The position numbers and the translations under genes were made by a program. Shown one piece after another: positions 1 through 11,003 of a stretch of DNA of 27,712 bases (position 1 is its first letter; every line of letters begins with the position of its first letter). This DNA is from Anthoceros angustus (Eukaryota > Plantae > Anthocerotophyta). The stretch lies in NCBI GenBank assembly GCA_010909165.1, contig VJWM01000376.1, positions 1 through 27,712 on the forward strand, given 5' to 3'. The notes under the pieces were generated by a model that was given only the letters and a program-made list of their open reading frames with translations, had not been told where the DNA came from and ran no database searches.

Positions 1-1103
1 TTATTTCCTCCAGTTCCGCTCTTCCTTGCTTGGCCTCCTCTTCGTCAAACGGCCTTCACCACCTCCTCCGCGACATCGAGCTGTGAGAGCCGCTTGATCC
101 AACCCGCTGGTCATCGACGTGGTCGCCTCGCAAGTCCACTTGTTGTGTGACGCCATCCCTCCGAGAACTTTCCTCCCCAAGGCACACCTCACCCGGTTGC
201 ATCCACCTCTGCTGGAGTCCCTTGAAAATCTCTTCCATGAGGAGGGTCCGCCTCGAGGTCACCCTAAACCCTCCGGAGTTGATTCATCCGCATCCAGTCG
301 AAATTGTCCTCGGATCGCGCCTCCTCTTCGCCACCTCCAACCGCCGCTTGGCTTTCATTTCAGAAGGCGCCTGCTGACCGTGACGCGCATCCGCCTCACC
401 TTTTCCCGATGCCCGCCTTCACCCCTCTTCCTCCTTTTGGTGGGAATTTCCTTCTCCTCCTCCCGTCGCCACCGACTCCCTATCCGATTTTTCCTCCTTG
501 GGCTCCTCCGCCTTCCATTTCACCTCCCTAACCGGCTTCCACATGTGGAGGAGGCTACAATCTCCACCGGCGGGGCTTAGCGTAAACATAAAGATGGACC
601 AAAATGGTGAGATTAGAGAGGCCGAGGCGAGGAAATCAAGTTCAACCTCTCTTCACACAACTTGTCAAGAGAATTCGCCTCAATCGATCTTCGCCCCTTG
701 ACCACTTCATGAAGGAAGCAGAAGTGGTCGACAAATAATCCCGCTTCTGTCATAGAAACATAGGAGCCATCCGCTGCACATCAATCAAATCAACCTCGTC
801 AACCACCCGTTGGGTTCGAATTACGCCTTTAACTCGCCGTGCTTCTTTTCTGGACGGCTCCATCACCAACCGCCCGCCTCCTCTTCGCCCATACACCCTT
901 CTAACCAGCTCCAGGTCCCAATCCTGCGCCGCTCTAAATCCTTTGGTTGTCTTGTGTGACGCGCACACTCGCACCCCAGTTCATGTAATTCCACCGCTCT
1001 TCCATGAAACCCACCAGCTCCTTCACCAGCCCCCACCGAACTTTCCAATGATCCATGTTCGGCCATTGGGCAAGCACAATTCGGTGGTGACCTTGGGCGC
1101 CAT
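1..1103 (-). mobile_element. Degenerate retroelement ORF1/gag-like coding region, copy 1 (DUF4283-like LINE ORF1 suspected); runs off the window start
   Basis: The minus strand gives frameshifted pieces MAPK..GRTWIIGKFGGGLVKELVGFMEERW..LERPQDWDLELVRRVYG..RLVMEP..IDVQRMAPMFL. It is an inverted homologue of 1915-2383 plus 4065-4911. Motif spacing loosely recalls plant L1 ORF1. Family assignment is inference. Confidence 0.4.
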
Positions 1104-1259
1104 CCTCTCACCTTCCTGGTCTCGCCACAACCCAACGCCACCTGAATTTCCCGGAGGGCCGGGCCTGTGGTTCCTACCTCCTCACTTGAGCCACGTCTGT
1201 CACGCTTCCGCCGCTCCCGGCCCGCTGCGCCTCCGTTGTTTGAACGGGATCATCATTTC

Positions 1260-1600
1260 CTAGGGTTAAGTTTCCTGTGTTCCCCTACTCCCCTGCTCGA
1301 CCTCACGACCGCTTCCCACATCCCAATCCACAACCTCACACTCATTCACCCCGACCCCAACTTATAGACTCTAATTATTCCAAACTTCCTATCTCACATA
1401 TATAGACTTTTTAGGGAACATTCCGAGTCCATGGGCCAAGGAACACCAAATTCCGGACCATTTATTTTCTAACCTAGGCAATAAAACAAAAGAACTCCAT
1501 AGGCCAAGGACATTTTTACTATGAATATCCCCAACCACCGTCAATCGACTTATTTTCACACCACTCATACCAAAAAAAAACAAAAAAATTCACTTGTGGC
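1260..1600 (-). repeat. Promoter/LTR-like module upstream of ORF copy 1, homologous to ~7390-7830 (+)
   Basis: The reverse complement shares tgtccttggcctat, tccttggcc, ctatata and taaccctag/taaccctaag, in the same order, with 7390-7830. Confidence 0.55.
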
Positions 1601-1914
1601 ACATTTTAATGTGGGTTTTAGACTAGATCGCTTTCAGGGCATCAAGAGGATGGAAGTGGGATATCTTCCCACACTTCCCTAGGTGGTGAGGGGTCCGCCT
1701 GCACGATGGAGTCCCAGATCCTTCCTCCTCCTCCGACCTGGCTATCCCTAGGGGTCGGGCCTCACCCAGCGCCTTTGCCCGCTCTGCTTCTAGTAGGGCC
1801 GCCAACCCTTTCCGGAGCGCCCGCTCTACCTCCCCATCCTTCAGGAGTTCGTAACCCATCTGCGACATCGCGAGTCGCGACGCTAGAGGAGGAAGGCGCT
1901 ACGAGCGGCGACGC

Positions 1915-2383
1915 GGTTGGCTGAGGAGGTAGGAACCCTGGAGACTGACCCCGCCAGGTAATTCGCGGCGAACTGTCGCTGATTTGAGGCGCAAGACCCG
2001 GGAGACTACTGTGGAGGGATGGCGCCCAAGGTCGCAGCTGAGATTGTGCTTGCTCCATGGCCAAACATGGATCATTGGAAAGTTCGAGCTGGGGAATTGG
2101 TGAAGGAGCTGAAGCTTGGCTTCATGGAAGAACGTGGAATTACATGAACTTGGGACTGTGTGGAGTGTGCGCCACCAAGGACAAACAACAGGGTGGGAAT
2201 TAGAGCGGCCGCAGGATTGGGACCTGAATTAGGGAGGGTGTATGGGCGCAGTAGCGAGGAGGCAAAGCGTTTGGTGATGGAGCCGTCCGGAAAAGGAGCT
2301 CAAGGCAGCAGCCGCCATGGTTAAGGCGGCGACGAACCCAACGGCCGACGCGGATTTAACAATGTCATAGCTTGATGGGTCTA
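1915..2383 (+). mobile_element. Retroelement ORF1/gag-like region, copy 2, 5' part (interrupted by the TIR element)
   Basis: tgaggaggtaggaacc...atggcgcccaagg (ATG at 2019)...acatggatcattggaaagttcg...gcaggattgggacctg is an inverted homologue of ~810-1190. Confidence 0.6.
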
Positions 2384-4064
2384 ACAATGCCTCGCTAAAA
2401 GGGTTTCTCCGCTGTGGTTTTGAAAAATCCCAACCCTATTTCACGGAACCGTTGGTTTGGTTTTTTGTTGGTTTTGTAGGTGTTCATCCATCGGCATTCT
2501 CCGCACCACTTCTCGAGTCATTTACACCGCTACGCCTTATACTCGTTCATGGCGATTTAGTTTGGTGTGATGAAGGGCTGACCTCATTGTTCCATAATTT
2601 CGCCATGTCCGTAGTTTCGCATTTGTGTGGTTTTGTATGTTTGTATATACCAGAGGGCCTAGGCGCGCGTGTGCGCCTAAACAACGCTTATGTGCAAACT
2701 TGTGCATGCAAAAAAAGAACGCGAAAAATGATCTTCTAATGGGGAAGCATGTCCTTTTGGCTCGAGGATGCCGAACTCCCGAGCAAAATAACAAGTAGCG
2801 TACATCGTGGAGGTTCACCTAGACCACTTTATATACCTATCCTATGCCCTAATGCGCGTTTAAGAACACCCTATCCCTTTTATTCCTGACGGTGTTTGCC
2901 TCTTTCGTGACCTAGTACCGGGTTATCATCAAACATGCGGGGCCACTGGGTGAACAAGTGCATGCACCAAGGGGCCGGTGTGCATATTGACCACGGGCAA
3001 GGGACTGGGTGCACACGTGGGGCAAGGAGGGCGGCGCGCACCAGGAGCGCACCGAGGAGCCGGTGTGCGACTTGTGCGCGCACTGGAGCAATGCCTGGTG
3101 CCGCTGCACTGTGGCAGGATGCCCAGTGCGCTGCATCAGCGCTGCACCGGGCAAGGAGGCGCAAGTGTGCACACAAGTGCACGCACCAAGGTCAAGACCG
3201 AGAGCATGAACCCAAATGGTTCATGCCTCCTAGTGCATTCTGACGGTTCATCCAAAGAAAAAAGAGCAAAACTTCTTAAAAATCCTAAAACATCTTAAAA
3301 ATTACAAAAATTCCAGTTTTTGAGGCAAGTGCAGCATTGGGCACAAGATTTGCTCTAAAATTTTGACAAATTTTGCATTTTGTATTTTTTGATATTTTTG
3401 TTTTAAAGGGTTCCTTTCGACGCTTTTCAACCTTTTTGTGCAGCACCCTAGTGTGGATATGTTCTTATCTTTATTTAACCTCATCTTTTTCTAGTAGTTA
3501 AAACTTTGAACTAGTAGTGAGAACCTTTTGCATCTTTTGAATCTTGAGGCGTTTGGCGTGGGCCCGACTCTAAGTCGGACCATGCCACTCTCATTCTCGC
3601 ACTAGGCGTGGATCAAGAGCATCGAGGCCAAAGAAGATATTATTGTCCCAATGTCTAAGGAACAAAGTCCTGTAAAATTCTCGGGCGAGTATAGTCATAG
3701 GATTGACTAGTATGAATGAAAGGTAGGTGCGCAAACAAGTTTGCGGACTGAATTGACAAGCCCTAAAAACTCTAAATGTTTGTATCGTCCAACACATGAT
3801 TGCGGATGTTGGAGCTGTTAGATGTCGCATAAGTTTCTTGTGTGCAATTCGGTTGAAAAAAGCGAGCGAGAATGGGACTTTAGGTTTGCCACGTGCTTGC
3901 AATCTCTCAAATAACGTGTATCAAAACAATTATTCAAAAGGTTGGGTAACATGTATATGAGAAATATCAAAAGCGATTATAGTGCGGATTTTCAAGTGCA
4001 AAAAGGGGTCCAAGTCAGTGTGCAAAAAGGGGTTTCGGGAGAAACCCTTCTAACAGAGCATTGT
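2384..4064. mobile_element. Non-autonomous TIR element (~1.68 kb), superfamily unassigned
   Basis: Left end acaatgcctcgctaaaagggtttctcc matches the reverse complement of the right end, acaatgctctgttagaagggtttctcc, at 22/27 (all mismatches are transitions). The two flanks rejoin into the sequence seen uninterrupted in copy 1 at ~760-810. No transposase was seen. Confidence 0.7.
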
Positions 4065-5649
4065 TGTCAGCCGATGGTTCCTATGTTTCCGCAGACAAGA
4101 AGCGAGGATTATTTGTCCGACCACTTGCTGCTATTCCTCCATGAAGTGGTCAAGGGGCGATTGGGGATGAATCCTCTTGACAAGTTGTGTGAAGAGAGGT
4201 TGAAATTTCTCCTCGACCTCTCTAATTTCACCATTTGGTCCATCTTATGTGCATGCTAACGCGGAGGTGGAAATTGTGGCCTCCCTTCATGTGGAAGCCG
4301 GTTAGGGAGGTGAAATGGAAGGCGGAGGAGCCCAAGGAGGAAATCGAGGAAAATCGGATAGCTGGGAGTCCGTGGCGGCAGGCGATTCGAGAGAAGGAAA
4401 TTTCTACCGGCAAAGAGGAAGACCGGGGTGGAAGGCAGCCTCGTGAAAAGGTGAAAGCGGGCCACGCGTCACCAGCAGGCGCGCTAAAATGAAATAAGGC
4501 CAAGATTGAGGTGGCGGAAGAGAGGCGCGATCCAGGAGGACAATTTTTGCGACTGGATGCGGATGATGAATCAACCCGGAGGGTTTAGGGTGACCTCGTG
4601 GCGGACCTCCTCGATGGGAAGAGATTTTCAAGGGGACTCCACTGCAACAGAGGTGGATGCAACCAATTGGTGAGGGTGCGCACCTTGCCGGGAAGGAAAG
4701 TTCTCGATGAGGATGGCGTCTCAGGGCCGCCACAAAGTGGGATTTGCAGTGAGCCGACCACATCGATGATCCGCCCAAGCGATTTGTTGGATCAAGCGGC
4801 TTTAGCTCTCACCGCAGCAAGGGCGACGGAGGAAGTGGTGAAGGCCAGTTTGACGAAGAGGAGGCCAAGCGCAAGCAACCGGAGGAAGACAAGCGGTCCT
4901 AGAGGAAATAAGGGCCAAGATCTGTGAAGATTTGTGTGGCCTGTGAGAAGTTGCAGCGACGAGTACAGGAAGCGCCATGGCTCAAATTAAGGATGCCCAC
5001 GAGACGAACCAGGAGATGCAGGGGAGTTGTTATGAGCCCAGAGCAGGAGGCGGCCTCGTGGAGAAGGCCCATGAAGTCGCGAGTGGTATAAACGGAGCGG
5101 ATGAGGCACGTGGTCGAGCCGTAAAGGACAAAGGGAAGGGAAGCGAGGGTGACCACGACGGTAGTGGAAGGAACTAACGAAGGAAGCAAGAACCGAGGTA
5201 GTCAAACACCTACCGTGGTTGCCGAAGTGATCGTGGAGTCCACTACCGCAGTGGAAGTCGCACCGACATTGGCGCGCCAACTCGGGCGGCCATGAGCGGA
5301 GCAGACGCGACGCTGCACCCGCGAGGACATGGACCAGGCAACCAGGTGTAGCCTACGGGAGGAGGGGGTAAGCACCTCAGCTACAGCAGGAGGTCCCATT
5401 ATGTTGCGGCACATGGATGAGGAAACTTATGTTCCTGGTCTATATGTGAATGGGGAACGCGTGCTTAACTTCACTGTCCATGTGCGTGTGGAAATAGGAG
5501 GGATCAGGGCCTACCTACTGCAAGTGAGGACTCGAAGTGCATACTTCTACCACTGCGCCCGAGTGTGGGGGTTGGCCCCCTATTATGCGGAGGCGACTTT
5601 GGAGGAGTTAAGTGAGGAGGTCCAGGCTTGGGTGGACGAGGAACCGTAA
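4065..5649 (+). mobile_element. Retroelement ORF1/gag-like region, copy 2, 3' part, with stops and frameshifts
   Basis: 4065-4911 is an inverted homologue of 1-780 (PMFPQTRSEDYLSDHLLLFLHEVVKG..LDKLCEERLKFLLDLS; REVKWKAEEPKEE). The broken frame continues to a terminal open piece at 5329-5649. No RT motif was found. Confidence 0.5.
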
Positions 5650-6907
5650 TAATCCTCAAGAATACAAGCTAAGACGCTAAGCTCCAGGCAGGTACACCTC
5701 AAATTAGGACGCCCAAGAAGGATGTGAGGTGGAAGTATTGTGGGAAAACCTGGCTGACTGGGCCGGCAAGGAGAGCTCTGGCGTGGAGGACAAGGCGGTG
5801 GCCAAGTCGAGGGAGGGCGCGCAGATAGCGAGGGGCGGATAGGTGATAGCATCCAAGGATAGATTTGGTTAGGATGTCGACTAGACCTAGGAACAAGTGT
5901 GCCCCTTCGATAACCATCGAGGACCTAAAATCATGCCTGTATAAGAGGGGCGGATTATGCCTCCCAGCAGAGACGTTGAGATCCCCACGCCTGTGGCTGG
6001 TTGGAGACGCCCAATAGGAGGTGGTGTAGACGCCCTAGGAATGGTCGAGAGCTTGCTCCGGGAGGAGGAAGGGCGATCGGGGCCTTGGCCGACAAAGGGA
6101 AGGAACTAAGGGATTGGGCGGGTCCGAGCGCTCGTAACGCCGTGACGCCTGGGCTCCTTCTCGCTTCTTTCCTCGTTGTTTCAATTGAGGTCCGTGTGGA
6201 GTGAGTGGATGCCTGAAGGGCGAATCGAGAGAGAGGGAGAGAAGGAGTGAGAGCAGATCGGGGAGAGATTAAATAGTCAGATGGCGCGAGGTGCTGAATC
6301 GTGAGTAGGGAAGGAAGAGAAAAACGCGTGGAGAGGTCATGGTCGAAATTGTTGTGTAAGGATCGAATTGAGTGCCGTCTCAAGGAAGTGCACGGGGAAC
6401 GTTGTTTCGGAGGAAATAAGGTGGTGTGGCGCCTCGTGTGTGTGTGTGCATGTGTGGATTGAAGGTAGAGGCCTAGGAATCCCGGTCGAATCCGCGGCTG
6501 GGGTAGAATATCACCCAGACTACGGGTGGAGACAACCCCGTATCGGAAAATCCGTGGCGCCGAATCAGTCGCTAGGGTTTGGTGGGACCCACCTCGGCGT
6601 TCGTTCCACTACCCGGTAGTGGTGCGGCTACCGCGGTAGTAGAACGGGAGACGAGGTTGGGGAGTTAGATCCGTGGTAGTTGGACAAGACGGGAGGTAGT
6701 AGTAGTTGAGTAGATAGGTGTGAGGTGGTAGCAGGTAAGACCTGACTTAGCTAGGCGAAGGTCGGTAGTGATAGAAGATAGCGTCTCTTGGCACAAAACA
6801 TTCCCTTGGGAGCGAATCCCAGGACTACAACGACAATGAGGGTGAATGTGGACCTCACTGTATCTCATGATACGAGATTCCACTCCACATGAACTCGGGC
6901 GGATGAA
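5650..6907 (+). repeat. LTR-like sequence, diverged direct repeat of ~7815-8960
   Basis: Shared blocks in the same order: gtataa(g/a)ggggc TATA-like box, gttgagatcccc, ggtcgagagcttgctccg, gtggtagttggacaag, ggtagtagtagttgagtagatagg, attcccttgggagcgaatcc, gagggtgaatgt, ttccactccaca, ggatgaa. Confidence 0.7.
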
Positions 6908-7253
6908 GCTCAGCGCCAACATTGAATCGTTCGGATCACTCAGGTAACGGTAACTTGGCTGCTCTCTCCAGCTTGATTCGGAGATCCTCGCTATGTTCCG
7001 GAGATACTGGAGCTGTTTTTGGGGCACACACATCCACCACCCGATGCCTCACGCCCAGAGCAATCTCACCACGCCTGTGGAGTATCCGTCCGCCGGCGCT
7101 CGCTCTCGCAGACGATCGCTTGCCTCCAATACCTTAGCAGCAGGAAGATCGCGATTGCCAGGGTGCACAAATTCACGGCAAGCACGATTGTCCCCACCAT
7201 CTCCACAGTCTTGCCAAACAACTCCTGTTACTACATTAACCAGCGACGTGGTT

Positions 7254-7260
7254 AAGGGGG
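7254..7260 (+). other. Polypurine tract preceding an LTR
   Basis: aaggggg is followed immediately by TGTGTCAAAC, the canonical PPT-TG junction. Confidence 0.55.
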
Positions 7261-8963
7261 TGTGTCAAACCCTCTAGGGTTGACCCGCGAGGCTTGTTTA
7301 TATAACCACGGCCACAGGTTAATTGTTCAGGGTTTGTCTACCGAAAGGTCTGTAAACGATCTGGTATTTGGAAACTCCTTGTTGGATTGTGTCTTTGGGT
7401 GATTTTTTGCTTTTTTTGCTAAGTTTGGTGTCAAGAAGAGCTAGGTTGTCAGTAGGAAGGAATATTTATACTAGAAAGTGTCCTTGGCCTATGAGTTTTG
7501 GGTTGTTTTCTGGGTTGGATAATAATCGGTCCTTGGACTATGAACTTGGTACTCCTTGGCCTTCGGTCTTGGAATATTTAATAAAAAGCCTATATAAGGG
7601 AAAGGGGGTCCTCATATTTAGCAGAGGAAATCAAGTCCATAGGCTAGTTGTTGAACCAGCTAGGGCGGTAGTTGAAATTAGTGTGTGGTCATTGACCGGG
7701 GTGTGTGGTGGCTATGTTCCGAAGGCGGTAGAGGAACTGGAAGGGCGGTCGCTGGAGGAAGAAGTGGTAGCGGAAGCCGGTTGGCGGTCGTGGAAGAGGA
7801 AGAGTTCCAGGGGGAATATAACCCTAAGGGAACTCGGAAAGGCTAAGGGCGCAGGTAGCAGTGGAAGCGAGGCGGAGATTTTATGGGAGGATACCAGACC
7901 AGCGACGAGGAAGAAGGGCCCATGGATTCGGCAGCACAGGACGAAGGGCCAGGCGACCAGATCGGAGGAGGGCGTGGAGATAACGTAGGCAAGGAGTAGT
8001 GGCATCCTAGGAATAGAACTTTGGATAGGATTAGGTAGGATGCCATCTTGGACCTAAGGCCGTCCGAAATTGTAGGGGCGTCTCTTCGCGTTCAGCCGGT
8101 TTTAGGACCTATTAACTCTGGCGGGCTATGACGCCCCCATCCGTTGTATAAAGGGGCTTGGTTGTGCCCCTCGCATCAGATAATTCCTGGTTGAGATCCC
8201 CACGCTGCCTGTGGTTGGTTGGAGACGGCGGATCGACGGAGGCGGTGTGCGCGAGACGCTCCTAGGGGTGGTCGAGAGCTTGCTCCGCAACCGGTGAGGG
8301 AAGGGTGATAGAGCGTTGCTCGCTAACAATGGAGGAGGAAATTGAGGGATTGGCGCAGGGCGGGTCTGGAGCGTGCTGTCGGTGGAAGTGTGCACAAGAG
8401 GAAATAGAGCTCCATTGGGGGAATCGTGTGAGTGTGGTGCCCTTTGTGTCTGTGTGAAAGCGGGTGTGAGGGATCCGAGGGACTTTGGTCCCTAGAAATC
8501 GGTGTGTGCATGGAGTGTGGAGTGCAAAATAAAGTCTGATCTGTGAGCAGTGGTAGCCCTTCGTGGTAGGAATCCGCGGCACCGCGCGCCAGAAATAAGT
8601 TGCTAGGGTTTGGCGTAGGACCCACCCCGGTTGCCGTAGCAACTACCCGGTAGTGATGAGAGCCACCGTGGTAGTAGGTGGGGAACGGGAGTTGTGGAAT
8701 AAGATCTGTGGTCGGGAAATAAGATCTGTGGTAGTTGGACAAGTTGGGAGGTAGTAGTAGTTGAGTAGATAGGTAAGAGGAGTGATAGCAGGTAAGTCCT
8801 GACTTAGGCGAAGGTCAGTAGCGATAGAAGTTAGTGTTCCTTGGCACAAACCATTCCCTTGGGAGCGAATCCTAGGCCTACAACGACGTTGAGGGTGAAT
8901 GTAGACCTCATGGTGTCTCTAGACAAAAGTTTCCACTCCACAAGGTCACTTAGAGGATGAACA
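7261..8963 (+). mobile_element. Long (~1.7 kb) LTR, probably the 3' LTR of a non-autonomous Gypsy-type element
   Basis: Starts TG right after the PPT and ends GGATGAACA at 8963, where homology to 5650-6907 also ends. It contains TATA-like boxes near 7590 and 8145. Confidence 0.55.
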
Positions 8964-9898
8964 CTTTTGTACATAAGACATTCTCTTGATCTTATTAACT
9001 ACTACTTATTTTACATATCAAGTTTGTTCTTGTCTGCTCTTCCTAGTAACTCTAGAAGATTGACACACGAGGGAGGTCGGCATGCTCGAATACTGGGATG
9101 ATTTTCAAATTTTTCCAAACCACCAAGGGGATGGTACCTAATTTTCATATCCGTGATATGTTCCTAAACCCCATCACATGTACTAACGCTTGCGTTTCTA
9201 CAATTGACACCGCTCTGTTTATTGTTGATGAGCATTGTGCAAAGGTGTTATGCCCTTTGCCATCATGGTGGGCCATTCTTTGCGGATGAAAGAAAAGAGG
9301 ATGAAAGAGGTGGTCAATTTTCAACTCCTATGTCATTGGGCTATGGTGTACAAGGTTGAGGCTCATGTTTTGTTTAAGGCTAGCCCCAGTATCATTTGGC
9401 AGCAGATGCTTCTTTCTAGGGAAGCTTCGTAGGCATGCTAGCCTATGCCAGTTTAACTTAAGATTCCCAAGGGTCCATTTCCCTGAAATGAGCCCTAGAT
9501 GGTTTTAGGATTCTTTTCTTATGTAAAAGGTTTTTGAATATTTGAGAAAAATTAAGAGCAACAGCCCCAAGTGAGCCCATTTGATATAGTGGCTCATTTT
9601 GATATGTTCACAACTATTAGTGTCAAAGAATCTCTGTAGAAGAAGAAGAAGAAGAATTTTATTTTAGTCCACTAAGGACGGATTTCCGTCATGGGAGTGA
9701 AATATGATAACTACATAGATTGCGGTAAACTGGTCTGGATGAATGTAAAGGTAAAATTCAAACAAGACAAATAATCTTCAATCAATCAACAATGTCAATG
9801 AAATTGCGTGAAAGAGGGCCAAACACCACCAATTCATCCCCACGAAAGAAAGCCACTTGACCTGCAGCACGAGATGCTCTGAAAGTAGGTAACTTCAA

Positions 9899-10797
9899 AA
9901 AACCCTTATCAACGGAACCACAAGAAATGAGAAGACCAACTAGGAGGTTCCACACGCACCAAAAACCATCAACACACCTCTCCCTTTCTTTAATCCCAAA
10001 TTCCCCAGCCCACTCATATTGAGTCTCTAATTCTCTTTTTTTCCTTTTTCTCTCAAATTTTTGATGTATGAAATTCTAGAAAATATGCCCCTTGTTGCAG
10101 CTTTTTGAGGTCTATTTTGTGATGCTAGTTTTACATAGATTTTGTCATAAATTATACATCACCCTCTAAGAATCCTTAGCCTTCTTTAACATTTCATCGG
10201 GTTTACCAAACAGACCGTGGTTCGCAAAGTTACGATCCTGGGCTCTCCCGCCATCTACGTCCCACATCCTAGCCCGGCTGTAGTGGAGGCGCCCGTTTTT
10301 TGAGGTGGTGCACGAGGAGTTTAGCATGCGCTAGGAGTTCCTTTTTGTTCACGCAGAAAGCCCATTTGTCGAATATCGAGATTTCTTGATTCATTGTCCC
10401 CCACCTCTATATAAGTTTCTCCGTCTCCAGGTTCTCTCCTCCCCCTTCTCCATACTTCTATTATACAGATGATAGTGATACTAGGGTGAGTCAGTACTAC
10501 TAGAGGCATTTCCCTATGCTGCATAGGGCACGCTAGTTTTCCAAGTGCGTGTAATAAACTTCATGCATCTATCTGCTGCGGAGCGGCCATCTAGTTCTAG
10601 TTGTTGCGCCAGTGAGATAGGCTGTTTGAGAAACTTTGTGAATACCCGTAACCCATTTTTTAATTGGCAAGGTAGATGGCCTTTGTTTTGAGTTCAAAGT
10701 TTTTGTCTCCATTTGCTCCATTGTGTTACTAAGTATAGAATGCAAAAAAGTGGATGGAGAAAACCAAGAGGAAAAGGCATGGTGGGAAAGAAACTCC
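9899..10797 (+). repeat. Segment Y (~0.9 kb), present inverted at 24241-25138
   Basis: Reverse-complement match throughout, e.g. cactcatattgagtctct / agagactcaatatgagtg and ggtgggaaagaaactcc / ggagtttctttcccacc. Confidence 0.9.
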
Positions 10798-10809
10798 TAC
10801 TCCTATAAG

Positions 10810-11003
10810 CTAGAGGTCCATGTGGTCGTTCCTCGAGCCTTCTGGCTTGGAAAGGATCCTAGTAGGGAGCGCATATTGATTATGACTTTTCATTCTATGT
10901 ATGATCGCCTCCAGGTTATGAAGGCTACGTCTATGTTACGGATAACTCAGTTATATATCAATGAGGATCTTACACCATTGCAATGGAAGACTAAGAAGGA
11001 GAC
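10810..11003 (+). mobile_element. LINE ORF1 fragment (RRM / Transposase_22-like C-terminal part)
   Basis: AFWLGKDPSRERILIMTFHSMYDRLQVMKATSMLRITQLYINEDLTPLQ fits the RLGK..RPI.V.F....R..V.....L....I.I.EDLT pattern of LINE ORF1 proteins. Confidence 0.55.

Noticed and set aside
3204-3234. Helitron 3' end (hairpin plus CTAG)
   Set aside because: CTAG is only 3 nt from the hairpin, closer than typical for Helitrons, and no matching 5' TC end or Rep/helicase was found.
7368-7988. 206-aa protein-coding gene
   Set aside because: It has a non-ATG start, lies within LTR-like sequence spanning a TATA module, and shows no recognisable domain.
1-9000. Numerous short six-frame ORFs rich in Pro, Arg, Ser or Gly
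   Set aside because: They are alternative-frame or antisense products of GC-rich TE sequence, not independent genes.
9060-9480. hAT or LINE coding remnant on the minus strand
   Set aside because: It is protein-like but full of stops and has no diagnostic motif, so it cannot be assigned.
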